This document shows positions 29,281 through 39,218 of a stretch of DNA of 61,978 nt, piece by piece; position 1 is the first letter of the stretch, and the number at the start of each line of letters is the position of its first letter. Source of the DNA: a virus. Taxonomy: Duplodnaviria > Caudoviricetes. Made by a program: the position numbers and the translations under genes. Where the stretch lies: positions 1 through 61,978 of IMG/VR virus record IMGVR_UViG_3300033153_003306; one strand, given 5' to 3'. The notes below the pieces were generated by a model. That model saw only the letters and a list, made by a program, of their open reading frames with translations. It ran no database searches and was not told the origin of the DNA.

Positions 29281-30246
29281 TTACAGATTCACTGTTCTGT
29301 TTAAAACTTGATAGATGTCTTTGATAACATCAAATAAATCTTCTTCTTCGTTTGTAAGTTCATCTTCTTTAAATTTTAAATAATGATAGAACTTTGTAAA
29401 AAATTTAACTGTATTTTTAAAATTTTGCAGTTTTGAGTTTCTATCATAGTCGGTGTTTATAGTGTCCACCATATCATAATACTTTTCTTCTATTTCAGAA
29501 CCTTCTAAATCTTCGAGTACGTCATATTGTTTTATAAACATTTTATCAAGTAGGGCTGCTTTTCTACTACCATACTGTTGTTTCAAATACATATTAAATT
29601 CTGTACCGATGTATGATTCAAATTCGTACTTTTCATAATCACCGCCAACCTTAAATTGTACATCTTGTAACTGTGTTTTAGGCGGATTGAAAGTATCTTG
29701 TCCTTCGATTAGTCTTGGTATTGGTCTTCGTTTAGGTTCTTCTGATTCTTCTATAAAATCATCAAATTGTTCAACTAAATCATTAGGGTCTTGATTATCC
29801 ATAAATCCTACATATTGTGCCATTCTATTAGCAGTAAGAGTTTTTGGTCTTAATGCTTCCATATCAGAAGGAGTTTCTTCTTGTGCTTCTGCCATTTGTG
29901 CTTCTGCTAATTGTTCTATATAGTCTTGGGTAACAGTATTATCAGATTCGTGTCTTATAACTTCTACAGTTGGTGAATGTTCAGATACAACCCCACCACT
30001 ACCAACATCCACATAATCTTCAATTAAACTACTTCTTGATTCTAATTCTTCTTGTGATGCTTCTGATGTTAAAGAAGGTTTTGTTCTTTGTGGTATAATA
30101 GGATTACTAACTTCTTGAATTGCTTTAATTGTAGCTTTTTCTTGGTTAGATGGTGTTGTAACCATCCCCATATAATCACTCATTCTATCATTTGAAAGAA
30201 CTTTTTCTTTTAATGGTGCTTCATTTTGAACTAATTCATCACTCAT
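29281..30246 (-). CDS. Hypothetical acidic protein
   Basis: ORF track; repeated NDRMSDYMG/NRMAQYVG motif. Confidence 0.55.
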   Translation of the reverse strand: MSDELVQNEAPLKEKVLSNDRMSDYMGMVTTPSNQEKATIKAIQEVSNPIIPQRTKPSLTSEASQEELESRSSLIEDYVDVGSGGVVSEHSPTVEVIRHESDNTVTQDYIEQLAEAQMAEAQEETPSDMEALRPKTLTANRMAQYVGFMDNQDPNDLVEQFDDFIEESEEPKRRPIPRLIEGQDTFNPPKTQLQDVQFKVGGDYEKYEFESYIGTEFNMYLKQQYGSRKAALLDKMFIKQYDVLEDLEGSEIEEKYYDMVDTINTDYDRNSKLQNFKNTVKFFTKFYHYLKFKEDELTNEEEDLFDVIKDIYQVLNRTVNL

Positions 30247-30248
30247 TT

Positions 30249-31334
30249 TTATTCCTTAATTTCTTCTATAATTTCTTCTTCAAGTTCGGGTTCGTCTTTC
30301 TTCTGTTGATATTTATATATCTGACCCAGTTTTTCGTTTAAATTGTGTTTTTGTATAATTTCTTCCCACATTTTATCTGTAAGGTCTTTAATACGGTATT
30401 CATCTTCTCCAACTACCATATGAGCACCCAAACTACCACGGTTCTTTTTAGTAGCTATGTTATTATCTACAAGAGCTTCGTATAAACCTGAATATCTTAA
30501 TAAACCTCTATCATAATCTATTACGAATTTTACTTTAAACCCTTCTTTTGCAAAACGATTTTTCTTATTTGTTGCTGTAACTTCGATACCTTGAATTTTA
30601 TCACCATCTTTTATAGTCTTCTTCCAAAATTCTATAATAAAAGATGCTGCAAATTGACTACCTTTACCACCACCAACAATTCGTTGTGCAAACAAGCCTT
30701 GTGAATCATATTGATGATTAATCAAAAGCATAGGTATTCTTTTTCTAAATGCTCTGTTAAGAATCATTCTAAAGAAACCTTTAAGGTCTTTAGCTCTTGT
30801 CATATCTTGCTTAATATCACCATTTAATGTATCTTTAACTTCTTTTTCACTCGCAAGATTACCAATAGAATCAATAACAATCATAAGTTTAGAATTTTTA
30901 TCCGCAACTTCTATAATATTTAATAGTTTGTGGTTAAGAGCTTTTGTTGAGTGTATATCTTCTACGATAATAATTTTTGATGTATCCAAACCTGCTCTTT
31001 CGTATTCGGATATTTCAACATCACCTTCGGTGTCAATATAAATTATTTTCCACCCTTGTGAGATTGCACTTTTCATCGCTTGTTTTGTTATGTATGACTT
31101 TGATGAACTTGGGTCGCCAACAGCCTGAAATGCTCTATTATCAGGTATTCCTTTATAGAAATCACCAGTAATAAGCATGTTTAACATAACACTTCCTGTG
31201 TCAAAATACTCTAAGATTTTGTAATCATCTTTAGTATCACTAAGCCTTCTACTTTGCTTCAATACATCAGCGATTAAATTATCGAGAATGTCTTTAGATT
31301 TAGTAGGGGCATCACCTTTTTTAGGTCTTGCCAT
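30249..31334 (-). CDS. uvsX: RecA-like recombinase UvsX
   Basis: DTGS..LN, GDPSSSKS, DTE, IDSIGNLAS.KE, DMTRAK, GGG. Confidence 0.92.
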   Translation of the reverse strand: MARPKKGDAPTKSKDILDNLIADVLKQSRRLSDTKDDYKILEYFDTGSVMLNMLITGDFYKGIPDNRAFQAVGDPSSSKSYITKQAMKSAISQGWKIIYIDTEGDVEISEYERAGLDTSKIIIVEDIHSTKALNHKLLNIIEVADKNSKLMIVIDSIGNLASEKEVKDTLNGDIKQDMTRAKDLKGFFRMILNRAFRKRIPMLLINHQYDSQGLFAQRIVGGGKGSQFAASFIIEFWKKTIKDGDKIQGIEVTATNKKNRFAKEGFKVKFVIDYDRGLLRYSGLYEALVDNNIATKKNRGSLGAHMVVGEDEYRIKDLTDKMWEEIIQKHNLNEKLGQIYKYQQKKDEPELEEEIIEEIKE

Positions 31335-31356
31335 ATGTATTTCCTCAAATTATTGT

Positions 31357-31839
31357 TTATATATTTTTCAAATTGTAACCAATATCTCCGCCTTTAGGCT
31401 TCAAATTGATTTTATAAAATTGGTACATTCCGCGTTCATCTTTGACTTCAAAATTAACGAAATATTCCTCTGTTCCTACATCACTAGTTGTTTGTATGTG
31501 ACCACCTGAAAAATCTATGGCTTTCCCTTTCTTAAAAATTAGAGAGAAACAATATCCTACGGGTTCGTAGTTATCAGGGTGATTTTCTGAGTTTTGTGCG
31601 AACATCATTGCTTTTTTAAACATGGCTTTTACATCATCTTTTAGCCTGTCATAGTCAATTTTTTCGCCACCAGGAACTTTAACTTTTTCCTTCTTCTCAT
31701 CTTTTTCTTGTGCTTGTTGTTGTACGCTTAATGGTTCATCATCATTCATTTGTTGTAAAACATCATTATTGATGTGGTCTTCAATATCTTCTGCGAGTTT
31801 TTTGCATTTTGCATTATACAATGATTTTAATGTCGGCAT
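31357..31839 (-). CDS. Hypothetical late protein with leader-like N-terminus
   Basis: TATAAATA at 31863-31870; LKSLYN...LAE. Confidence 0.5.
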   Translation of the reverse strand: MPTLKSLYNAKCKKLAEDIEDHINNDVLQQMNDDEPLSVQQQAQEKDEKKEKVKVPGGEKIDYDRLKDDVKAMFKKAMMFAQNSENHPDNYEPVGYCFSLIFKKGKAIDFSGGHIQTTSDVGTEEYFVNFEVKDERGMYQFYKINLKPKGGDIGYNLKNI

Positions 31840-31882
31840 ATTTTATACTCCATTTTTACTATTATTTATAAAAATGGATTCC

Positions 31883-32194
31883 TTATTTACTTTCAAATTC
31901 TTCTACAGTTATACTATTAATAGTTCTTAGATTTTCTTTTGTAAAACTTCTCCATCCACCAGCTTCAATATCGAAAACAGGTATAACTAAATCACTCACT
32001 TTTCTTTCTTTCTTTTCTAATGGTGTGCCATCTTCGTTAAGTCTTTTTACTTGAAATTCTTTTGGTATTAACATCGCATTTGTGGTAGCTTTCATTTTTC
32101 TTTGGCTACCGTCTTTCTTTAAAAACATAATTTCTACAGGTGTTTCTGATTCGTGTAGTAATTTTCTTAATTTTTTTTCTAATTTTTCGTTCAT
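31883..32194 (-). CDS. WYL_2/Sm-like SH3-fold protein
   Basis: FLKKDGSQRKMKAT...VFDIEAGGWRSF. Confidence 0.7.
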   Translation of the reverse strand: MNEKLEKKLRKLLHESETPVEIMFLKKDGSQRKMKATTNAMLIPKEFQVKRLNEDGTPLEKKERKVSDLVIPVFDIEAGGWRSFTKENLRTINSITVEEFESK

Positions 32195-32219
32195 GTGTTT
32201 GTCCTTTGTTGATTACTCT

Positions 32220-32248
32220 AATATACATAATAAATATGCGTTTGTCAA
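32220..32248 (-). promoter_or_regulatory. Sigma70-type early promoter TTGACA-N17-TATATT
   Basis: Exact boxes; 6 further copies in the window. Confidence 0.75.
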
Positions 32249-32268
32249 GTCTTATTTAAACTTTCTTT

Positions 32269-32577
32269 TTAATATAAACCTTTTAATATTTTATTAATTT
32301 TATCTTCTGATATTAATTCTTTTTTTAATTTTTTTCTTGTTTTTTGATATACAATACTTCTATATGGTAATTTATGTTTAACCCTGAATGTTATAGTTAG
32401 TATACCAACCATACAATCACCATTAAAATCATTACCATGTAATTTCCATAACATATTATTAATTTCTGAATATTTACCGTCTATTATTAAATCATCAATC
32501 GTATTAAATATGACATCTAATTGGTCATCAATATGTTTATTTTTGGTATGCTTCTTTAAATCATTTAATAAACTCAT
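32269..32577 (-). CDS. Hypothetical protein
   Basis: ORF track; GGAGG RBS. Confidence 0.55.
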   Translation of the reverse strand: MSLLNDLKKHTKNKHIDDQLDVIFNTIDDLIIDGKYSEINNMLWKLHGNDFNGDCMVGILTITFRVKHKLPYRSIVYQKTRKKLKKELISEDKINKILKGLY

Positions 32578-32584
32578 AACCCTC

Positions 32585-33685
32585 CTATAATTTTACCAAT
32601 TTGTTTGCGTCATTACTGGTGTAGAAATTGTCAAAACCTCCAGCATACATAATTCTATCTAAGAAAACACCTGTTGGCATATTACCGAATAAAGTACCAC
32701 CAGCATATAAACTATAACAATCTTCTTTAATATCCATACAATTAACAACTACATATTTTTTACCCGCCCTATAATCGTGACTATTCTTCATCATGGCATA
32801 TTTTATAAGGTCTAAATCTAATACACCTGTTTTAAAATCACCTTGCCATTCATTAAATTTGTTTTGTTCATGTTCATTTATATATTCTGCTTCGTTCATT
32901 AATATATCATTACCATTTCCATGCTTTGTAAGGTATGACCTTGTGACATAGTAAACAGCATCTAAATTATTACGCATTTTAAAAATGTTTGTTACCCCTA
33001 CATTAGACCTTGTTACATGTGGAAATAATCCATTATGTTGGTCTAACAATAGTCCTTGACTGCCTTCATATATTATAACATCATACAACATTGTGATTTC
33101 TCTGTAATCTCTGACATGTTCATTATTTACTATATAATAACATTTGTTTAAGAAATCATCTAAAACTTCTTTATCAAGTGTTATACCATAATGATTACCA
33201 ATATTTTTCATTTTTTGTTCAAGTACTTTCGGGTAATATAAATCTTCAAAGAGAAGAGAAAACCAATCCTCTTCTCTCTGAAAAGTCTTACCAATACCAT
33301 GACCACAAGTACCATCGCTGATATTTGTTTTACATTCACGGTTGGCGAGAATCTCATACGGTGTGGTAATTGGGCACTTTGGATGTATGTATATTAAAGG
33401 TCTTATCTTTTTTAATATAAGGTCACGGTATTCATCCATAAATGAAAGTGGGTTAAACGTACAATATTCACTCCAGTATGTTGGTACCCCTTGCAGAACA
33501 CCCCCACCAAAGTTAGATACTATATGTTCTTTGCCGTCATAAATTACTTTATGACTTGCTTGTGAACCCCCACTGTATCTTACTACGATACAATTCTTAT
33601 CTTTATGTTTTTCACAAAGAGAGGATACAACCTTTCCTTTACCTTCGTCTCCAAACCCCAAGCCAATCACCGCATACGAAATCAT
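32585..33685 (-). CDS. Divergent adenylosuccinate-synthetase-like ligase
   Basis: GDEGKGK, RYSGG.Q..H, GTCG.GIG, EGSQGLLLD, HVTRS; lacks the canonical TTGRxR loop. Confidence 0.8.
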   Translation of the reverse strand: MISYAVIGLGFGDEGKGKVVSSLCEKHKDKNCIVVRYSGGSQASHKVIYDGKEHIVSNFGGGVLQGVPTYWSEYCTFNPLSFMDEYRDLILKKIRPLIYIHPKCPITTPYEILANRECKTNISDGTCGHGIGKTFQREEDWFSLLFEDLYYPKVLEQKMKNIGNHYGITLDKEVLDDFLNKCYYIVNNEHVRDYREITMLYDVIIYEGSQGLLLDQHNGLFPHVTRSNVGVTNIFKMRNNLDAVYYVTRSYLTKHGNGNDILMNEAEYINEHEQNKFNEWQGDFKTGVLDLDLIKYAMMKNSHDYRAGKKYVVVNCMDIKEDCYSLYAGGTLFGNMPTGVFLDRIMYAGGFDNFYTSNDANKLVKL

Positions 33686-34545
33686 AATCCAATCACCTCC
33701 GTTGGAGTGTTAGTTTTAGTTTCTGTTAAGATTGGAGCTTTGGACACTCCATCTGTATGTTTAATTACCAATTCTGCTATAGTCATGGCAACATCTTCTT
33801 GATTTGCTACAAATTTAACATTATCACCAAGCATTGCTTTCCAACCATCTTGAGTTTCCTTAAAAGAACCGACTCTTGTACAAGTCATGTGCAAATGATA
33901 CACATTGTACTTTTCTTTGGCTTTTTCGAGTAGTTCGTCTGCGGTGCAATCTCCTTCTGCTTCACCCATGATGCTTACAAGAGATTCGTGTGATATGTTT
34001 TGGTGTGTGGGTTCGTCACCAATAGTAATTAGTAATCCTTTTTCGCCCCTTTTTTCCAACGCATCGTGCATTGTATGGTTTGCTGCGAAATACCAAGCTA
34101 AAAGATAACTTTCGCCATTGTTGTTCCCACCCCTACCTTCAAGGTATGTGTCTGTCAACCACTTATCAAGTAGTTCGTCATTACTTTCAAACTGCCCGAT
34201 TTGAAGCGGTGCACTGTCGTTGAAATGGTCACCTATCGCTAAGAATAGGATTTGGGGGTCTGGAACCCCCGCTTCCATAATCTTTTCCATAATCTTTGGC
34301 AGTCCTTCTTTTACCAAAAAGTGTGGAACTGTAAGCATTGAACCTGTTACATCCAAACCAAGTATAATTGGTACACTATTAGGGTGTTCTTCTGAGTCAC
34401 GAGATTCCCTTAATTGTACACCTGTTGGTATCATGGATTCACACAGCTTTCTGCTTTTAAAGATTTCTGCTTTGGATTTAGTGGCATACCCCATACTCGC
34501 TGAACGAAGTGCTCGGTCTGAAACCGAATAGCTACCGAATCCCAT
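33682..34545 (-). CDS. vWA-domain protein
   Basis: LDVTGSM MIDAS motif, GG.N.GESY, IGDE. Confidence 0.8.
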   Translation of the reverse strand: MGFGSYSVSDRALRSASMGYATKSKAEIFKSRKLCESMIPTGVQLRESRDSEEHPNSVPIILGLDVTGSMLTVPHFLVKEGLPKIMEKIMEAGVPDPQILFLAIGDHFNDSAPLQIGQFESNDELLDKWLTDTYLEGRGGNNNGESYLLAWYFAANHTMHDALEKRGEKGLLITIGDEPTHQNISHESLVSIMGEAEGDCTADELLEKAKEKYNVYHLHMTCTRVGSFKETQDGWKAMLGDNVKFVANQEDVAMTIAELVIKHTDGVSKAPILTETKTNTPTEVIGL

Positions 34546-34895
34546 TACACCACCCCACCGAATAATGCTTTATATCTTTCTTGCCCTAGTTCAATCTGAA
34601 TACTAAGTAGTCTGATTTGAACGGCAATTTCGATATCTTTGTCTGCAAATTTTCTTCCATCAAAGTTCTTTGCGAGAACTAATGAAATTGCAGATTCTGG
34701 AGACATGTCGAGCATTTCTTCTCTTTCCATCTCAAGAGTTTTTCTTGTTTGAATTAGGTCTTCGACCATTCTTCTGTAAGACATTTCCGCATTATCTGTA
34801 ATTGCGGTTGCTCTTACTTGTTTGATGTCTTTAACACTCCTCTTTAGAGCTTCTTGAAAAAGACCATCTTGTTTTTTCTTGTCGTTGTCAGCCAT
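34545..34895 (-). CDS. Helical hypothetical protein in the vWA/PurA-like module
   Basis: GGAG RBS; coupled to the vWA gene. Confidence 0.6.
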   Translation of the reverse strand: MADNDKKKQDGLFQEALKRSVKDIKQVRATAITDNAEMSYRRMVEDLIQTRKTLEMEREEMLDMSPESAISLVLAKNFDGRKFADKDIEIAVQIRLLSIQIELGQERYKALFGGVV

Positions 34896-34915
34896 GGCTA
34901 GACTCCTTTTTTTGT

Positions 34916-36799
34916 TTAACTACTGATTAATAGTTCTAAATCTGTTTCTGTAAGTATTGGAATTTCAAGGTCGTTTGCTTTAGTCAACTTGCTACCAGCG
35001 TTGTCACCTGCTAATAAGAAATCAAGTTTACTACTTACACTACTTCTAACTTTCCCACCATTCTTTTCAATCATTTCTTTGAACTCATCTCTACTAAGAC
35101 TTAAAGTTCCTGTTATACAGAACGATTTACCTTTCAATATATCTGAATCTATTGATTTTTCTTTTAATTTAACTACTTGTGCCATTTCTTTATAGAATGA
35201 ACAGAACTCTTGTTTCTTTTGTAGTAACAATGTAGCTGTTTCGTCACCAATCCCTGATATTTTTTCAAGGTCGTGGTAATTCATAATATCACACATGTTA
35301 GGCACTGATTTATAAACATCAATTAGTTCTACTGATACTGATTTTCCAATGTTTCTTACATTAGCACCTCTTATAATCATATCTTGTGTAACATTTTTAG
35401 ATGCTTTTTTAATAGCATTTATAATTTTTTCTGCTGATGATTTTCCAAAACCATTAAGTATTTCGATATCTTCAACTTTCATAGTATATAAATCACTTGT
35501 TGTTTGAATTATATTAGCATCATATAATGATTCTATAGTAGCATCACTCACACCTTTAACATCAAGAACTTTAACCCACTTAGAAATTTTACCAACTTTC
35601 CGTGCTTTACAATCTGAATTTTCACACATTAAAAATGCACCATCTTTATGTAAAATAGACCCACACACAGGACAATTAGTAGGAGGCACATATGTCCCGT
35701 TAGGAATATATGTAGTCATGTGTGTAGGTATAATATCGCCACTTCTTGCTATACCTATAGTGGCACCAATGTTTATGTTGTGTTTTTCAATATAATCAAA
35801 ATTGTGAAATGTTACTCTTCTAATAGTTGCCTCGTTAAGTTCAATAGGGTCAACGATTCCAACAGGACACACAATACCATGACCTGAAACTTCTAATTCG
35901 ATATCTCTATTAATAGTAGAAACAATTTCGTTTGCTAATTTGTATGCAACTTTATGTTTAGGGTTCTTATCTGTCATTTCGTGATGCTCTGTATTGTTTA
36001 ATGTTATAACCAAACCATCAGAAAGATAAGGTTTTTCATCTTTTATATCTTTGTACATATCGATAAAATCTTTAATGTTAGCTTGACGTTCCAATAGACC
36101 AAATACTGGCGTTTCAAAACCTAAAGAACTAATATAATTAAATTTTTCTTGTTCGGTTTCAAAAAGATAATCACCGAGTATATCATAAGCCACAAAATGA
36201 ACATATTTTGATAAATCGAAATCTGCTTTTCTTGCAGAACTTATTAGTCCTGGAATTATATTTCTTCGGGATTTTGCTTGTTTTAAACCTCTAGCTTTTA
36301 AGGTTTCGTTCAATTTTTTAAAATTTTCTTTAGATATTACTAACTCACCTCTAACTTCTATTTCACCAATATCTAGTATTTGGTGTGGAAAATTTGCGAA
36401 TGTTAATGCTCTTGTTATATCTTGACCAAACAAACCATTACCTCTTGTTGCCCCACTTATGAAATTTTTATTATTATACTTTATGGCTGATGCACAACCA
36501 TCTAACTTGTAAGTTAGTAATGCTTGTCTATTATTTAACCATTGAATTAATTTAAGAATGTCTCTATACTTATCTAATGACATCATTGGAACTTTATGTT
36601 TAACTTTTACACCACTTTCCATACCAACAATATTAAAAACCTTACTTGTAGGATATAAATGTTTGCCCATATCTTCAAACGCATCAAATTCATCATCTGT
36701 AATTAAAGTATTACCATTATCGTATGCTTCTTTATACGTTTTATGTTGGTTTTCAAAATCTTGCATTGTTGTGGTTGTATCAGGCATTATTTTCTCCAT
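34916..36799 (-). CDS. ligA: NAD-dependent DNA ligase
   Basis: KLDG, TRGNG, EVRGE, C4 Zn finger, HhH and BRCT domains. Confidence 0.95.
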   Translation of the reverse strand: MEKIMPDTTTTMQDFENQHKTYKEAYDNGNTLITDDEFDAFEDMGKHLYPTSKVFNIVGMESGVKVKHKVPMMSLDKYRDILKLIQWLNNRQALLTYKLDGCASAIKYNNKNFISGATRGNGLFGQDITRALTFANFPHQILDIGEIEVRGELVISKENFKKLNETLKARGLKQAKSRRNIIPGLISSARKADFDLSKYVHFVAYDILGDYLFETEQEKFNYISSLGFETPVFGLLERQANIKDFIDMYKDIKDEKPYLSDGLVITLNNTEHHEMTDKNPKHKVAYKLANEIVSTINRDIELEVSGHGIVCPVGIVDPIELNEATIRRVTFHNFDYIEKHNINIGATIGIARSGDIIPTHMTTYIPNGTYVPPTNCPVCGSILHKDGAFLMCENSDCKARKVGKISKWVKVLDVKGVSDATIESLYDANIIQTTSDLYTMKVEDIEILNGFGKSSAEKIINAIKKASKNVTQDMIIRGANVRNIGKSVSVELIDVYKSVPNMCDIMNYHDLEKISGIGDETATLLLQKKQEFCSFYKEMAQVVKLKEKSIDSDILKGKSFCITGTLSLSRDEFKEMIEKNGGKVRSSVSSKLDFLLAGDNAGSKLTKANDLEIPILTETDLELLISS

Positions 36800-36816
36800 T
36801 AGTTTTAGTTATACAC

Positions 36817-36845
36817 AATATACGAAAATTAAATCATAATGTCAA
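36817..36845 (-). promoter_or_regulatory. Early promoter TTGACA-N17-TATATT
   Basis: Exact boxes upstream of ligA. Confidence 0.75.
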
Positions 36846-36853
36846 GCTTTATT

Positions 36854-37117
36854 TTAATTATTTTCATCAACTATTTTTATAGCTTGTACAAAACCACTTC
36901 TATAATGATAACTTGGTTCTTCACCTGCAAAATGTCCACTATGTGCTCGACTATCATAATCTTCTAACAATTCTTTAACTTTTTCTTTTTTAAGATTCTT
37001 ATCGGCATTATACAAATAGTTATCAAGTCTGTTAAGAGCAAACCCTACCAACAGTCTATCATCTTTATCGTAAGCATACCTTAAATCTCTTCGTATTCTT
37101 TTTAAGTCTTCTAACAT
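36854..37117 (-). CDS. Hypothetical protein
   Basis: ORF track. Confidence 0.5.
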   Translation of the reverse strand: MLEDLKRIRRDLRYAYDKDDRLLVGFALNRLDNYLYNADKNLKKEKVKELLEDYDSRAHSGHFAGEEPSYHYRSGFVQAIKIVDENN

Positions 37118-37231
37118 TTAACCCCCCCATATTAAATTTAATGTAAAATCTACTCCACCAAATAACAAATAAAATATAAACAAATATATTACAATATTAA
37201 AAGCTATTTCAACCTTAGTCCTTTTTTTCAT
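37118..37231 (-). CDS. 37-aa single-TM microprotein (MKKRTKVEIAFNIVIYLFIFYLLFGGVDFTLNLIWGG)
   Basis: Not in the ORF track; AAGGA RBS; fills the gap. Confidence 0.5.
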   Translation of the reverse strand: MKKRTKVEIAFNIVIYLFIFYLLFGGVDFTLNLIWGG

Positions 37232-37388
37232 CTTTATCCTTTAATGGTATATAATCTTGACAATCTACAATACTTAAAAATGTTTTCATGTAACAATGGC
37301 ACTTAAAGTTAGGGTCGTAATCCCAACATTTAGTATTACCACATGGTATCAATTTCTTTACCGATTTAATTCTTTCATTTTTAGTCAT
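37215..37388 (-). CDS. 57-aa Cys-rich microprotein
   Basis: Not in the ORF track; GAGG RBS; CGNTKC...CHC...C. Confidence 0.5.
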   Translation of the reverse strand: MTKNERIKSVKKLIPCGNTKCWDYDPNFKCHCYMKTFLSIVDCQDYIPLKDKDEKKD

Positions 37389-37409
37389 TTTAGCCTCTTT
37401 TTTATTTTA

Positions 37410-37640
37410 TTAGCAATCATCAACTTTGTAAGCAATATAACTACCTATAGCACCACACACACCAGCAATTATAATTATTATAGCTATGAATTTTCCCATA
37501 CAATCCAAAGAGTTAAAAGATTTTTTGTTAATATTTTTTAAAAAAATCCTATACCCTATATAACCACAATAAAACCATATAAACATAAAACCTGTAGCAT
37601 TTATTATCATTATGAATCCTCCCTTGCAATAGATATCCAC
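37410..37640 (-). CDS. Small 2-TM membrane protein
   Basis: Hydrophobic segments. Confidence 0.5.
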   Translation of the reverse strand: MDIYCKGGFIMIINATGFMFIWFYCGYIGYRIFLKNINKKSFNSLDCMGKFIAIIIIIAGVCGAIGSYIAYKVDDC

Positions 37641-37867
37641 TCATTAATACCCTCTACAAAGAATTCAGCCATTTCATCTTGAAATTCTGCGGCTTTATCT
37701 GTATCTATACCACCACCTTTCTTTTTGAACAAGTTTTGAATAGCCCCCCAACCTCTTACTTCTAATAATAGTTGATGACCGCCATCTTCTTGAATACCCC
37801 AAATTTGTGTACCCATATCATCATATGAAACTTCTGTTCCAATAAAATCTAACAATTTTTTATTCAT
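37610..37867 (-). CDS. Hypothetical protein
   Basis: ORF track; GGAGG RBS. Confidence 0.55.
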   Translation of the reverse strand: MNKKLLDFIGTEVSYDDMGTQIWGIQEDGGHQLLLEVRGWGAIQNLFKKKGGGIDTDKAAEFQDEMAEFFVEGINEWISIAREDS

Positions 37868-38154
37868 TATCCTACCCTCCAGTTTGGTATTAGTTTTTTA
37901 ATTAATTCTATAATATCATCAGCTTTTTCATCCCACCAATCATCGTGACATTCGCCAACTACCCCGCACCAACTAAGATAAATAAACCCGACTATCATAA
38001 CAGCAAATACTCGTGAACCAATAGCGGTTTCGTCAGAAGTAGTAAACATATAAGTTAGTGGTTCTGTAAACGATACAAACATGATAATTAGGTAAATCGT
38101 TATTATAATACTAAGAAAATATAATATAAATCCTTTCATCACTATACCTCCCAC
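37867..38154 (-). CDS. Small 2-TM membrane protein
   Basis: Hydrophobic segments. Confidence 0.5.
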   Translation of the reverse strand: MGGIVMKGFILYFLSIIITIYLIIMFVSFTEPLTYMFTTSDETAIGSRVFAVMIVGFIYLSWCGVVGECHDDWWDEKADDIIELIKKLIPNWRVG

Positions 38155-38525
38155 GGTCTTTTATTTCTTTTCTTATAGGTCTTATGTTTTTCATTAAATA
38201 TACTAACTAATACTTTGTGTAACATTGTAAATCTTAATACCCTACCATGACCGCTGAATTTGAATCTTGTTAGAAATGGTATTTCGGATTTTTCCACTTT
38301 TGGTAATTTACCACCAAATGTAAGTTCATCCCAACATCCATCATAAGAAATATCAAAATCATCAACATTATGTTTTAAAATCTTTAATATTTTTGTCATT
38401 TCAGAATTGCTCAGAATTTTTATATCTACAAACCACATAATCACTTCTACAATCACACCAGTCAATACACATATAATACTTATAAAAATCATAACTTCAA
38501 AAAATGCACCCATTATTCCCTCCAT
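38142..38525 (-). CDS. Membrane-anchored hypothetical protein
   Basis: N-terminal TM segment. Confidence 0.5.
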   Translation of the reverse strand: MEGIMGAFFEVMIFISIICVLTGVIVEVIMWFVDIKILSNSEMTKILKILKHNVDDFDISYDGCWDELTFGGKLPKVEKSEIPFLTRFKFSGHGRVLRFTMLHKVLVSIFNEKHKTYKKRNKRPWEV

Positions 38526-38878
38526 AAAAATTTAAATTTCTTATTTTCATCGTCAGTTATTTTAATACCATTGACGATGTATTTTTCCCCTTCTTCTATT
38601 TGTTGATAAGATACAATTATAATCTTATCCCCAACTTCCCCCAATCTAGCCAAAGCACCGTTTAAACACACTTTGCCACTGTTTGCTTCCCCTTCTATGA
38701 TATAAGTGGTTGCTCGTTGTCCATTGTTTATATTCAACACGTCTACCTGCTCAAAAGGAAACATCCCACAAGCAACTAATAATTTTGGGTCAACAGTAAC
38801 ACTACCATCATAATTGATATTTGCTTCTGTTACCGTAGCATTGTGTATTTTAGACTTTAAAAAGTTAAAAAACTTCAT
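38513..38878 (-). CDS. panD: Aspartate 1-decarboxylase (pyruvoyl enzyme)
   Basis: KSKIH.ATVT.AN..YDG|SVTVD, NNGQR.TTY, CLNGA.AR. Confidence 0.93.
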   Translation of the reverse strand: MKFFNFLKSKIHNATVTEANINYDGSVTVDPKLLVACGMFPFEQVDVLNINNGQRATTYIIEGEANSGKVCLNGALARLGEVGDKIIIVSYQQIEEGEKYIVNGIKITDDENKKFKFLWRE

Positions 38879-39218
38879 TTTTCTCCTCCATTTTGTAATT
38901 TTTAGGTAGCATTAATATAAAACTTCTATCCATTACCAAATCCTTATCTTTATATCGTTCTGCTACCTTGTCGGTAATATACAACTTTGGTATATTAATA
39001 TCAACAACTTCTTTCTCTATTGTTAATTTTTCGTGTTTACTTGTTATCTTTCCTGTTCTATTATCTCTAAATACACGATAATATATAATTACATCACCTT
39101 TCTTTGTGAATATTTTACCAATAGATGTGGAATAAGTTGTAGTGTAAACATTTAAATATTTCGGACTACAACTTATAAGCACAAACAATAGATATATAGA
39201 TATAAATTTATGCATCAT
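38865..39218 (-). CDS. Putative lipoprotein
   Basis: Signal peptide with LISC lipobox. Confidence 0.45.
   Translation of the reverse strand: MMHKFISIYLLFVLISCSPKYLNVYTTTYSTSIGKIFTKKGDVIIYYRVFRDNRTGKITSKHEKLTIEKEVVDINIPKLYITDKVAERYKDKDLVMDRSFILMLPKNYKMEEKNEVF

Noticed and set aside
32585-33685. PurZ (2-aminoadenine DNA pathway)
   Set aside because: Retains Asp in GDEGKG (PurZ has Ser); no DatZ/MazZ recognised in the window
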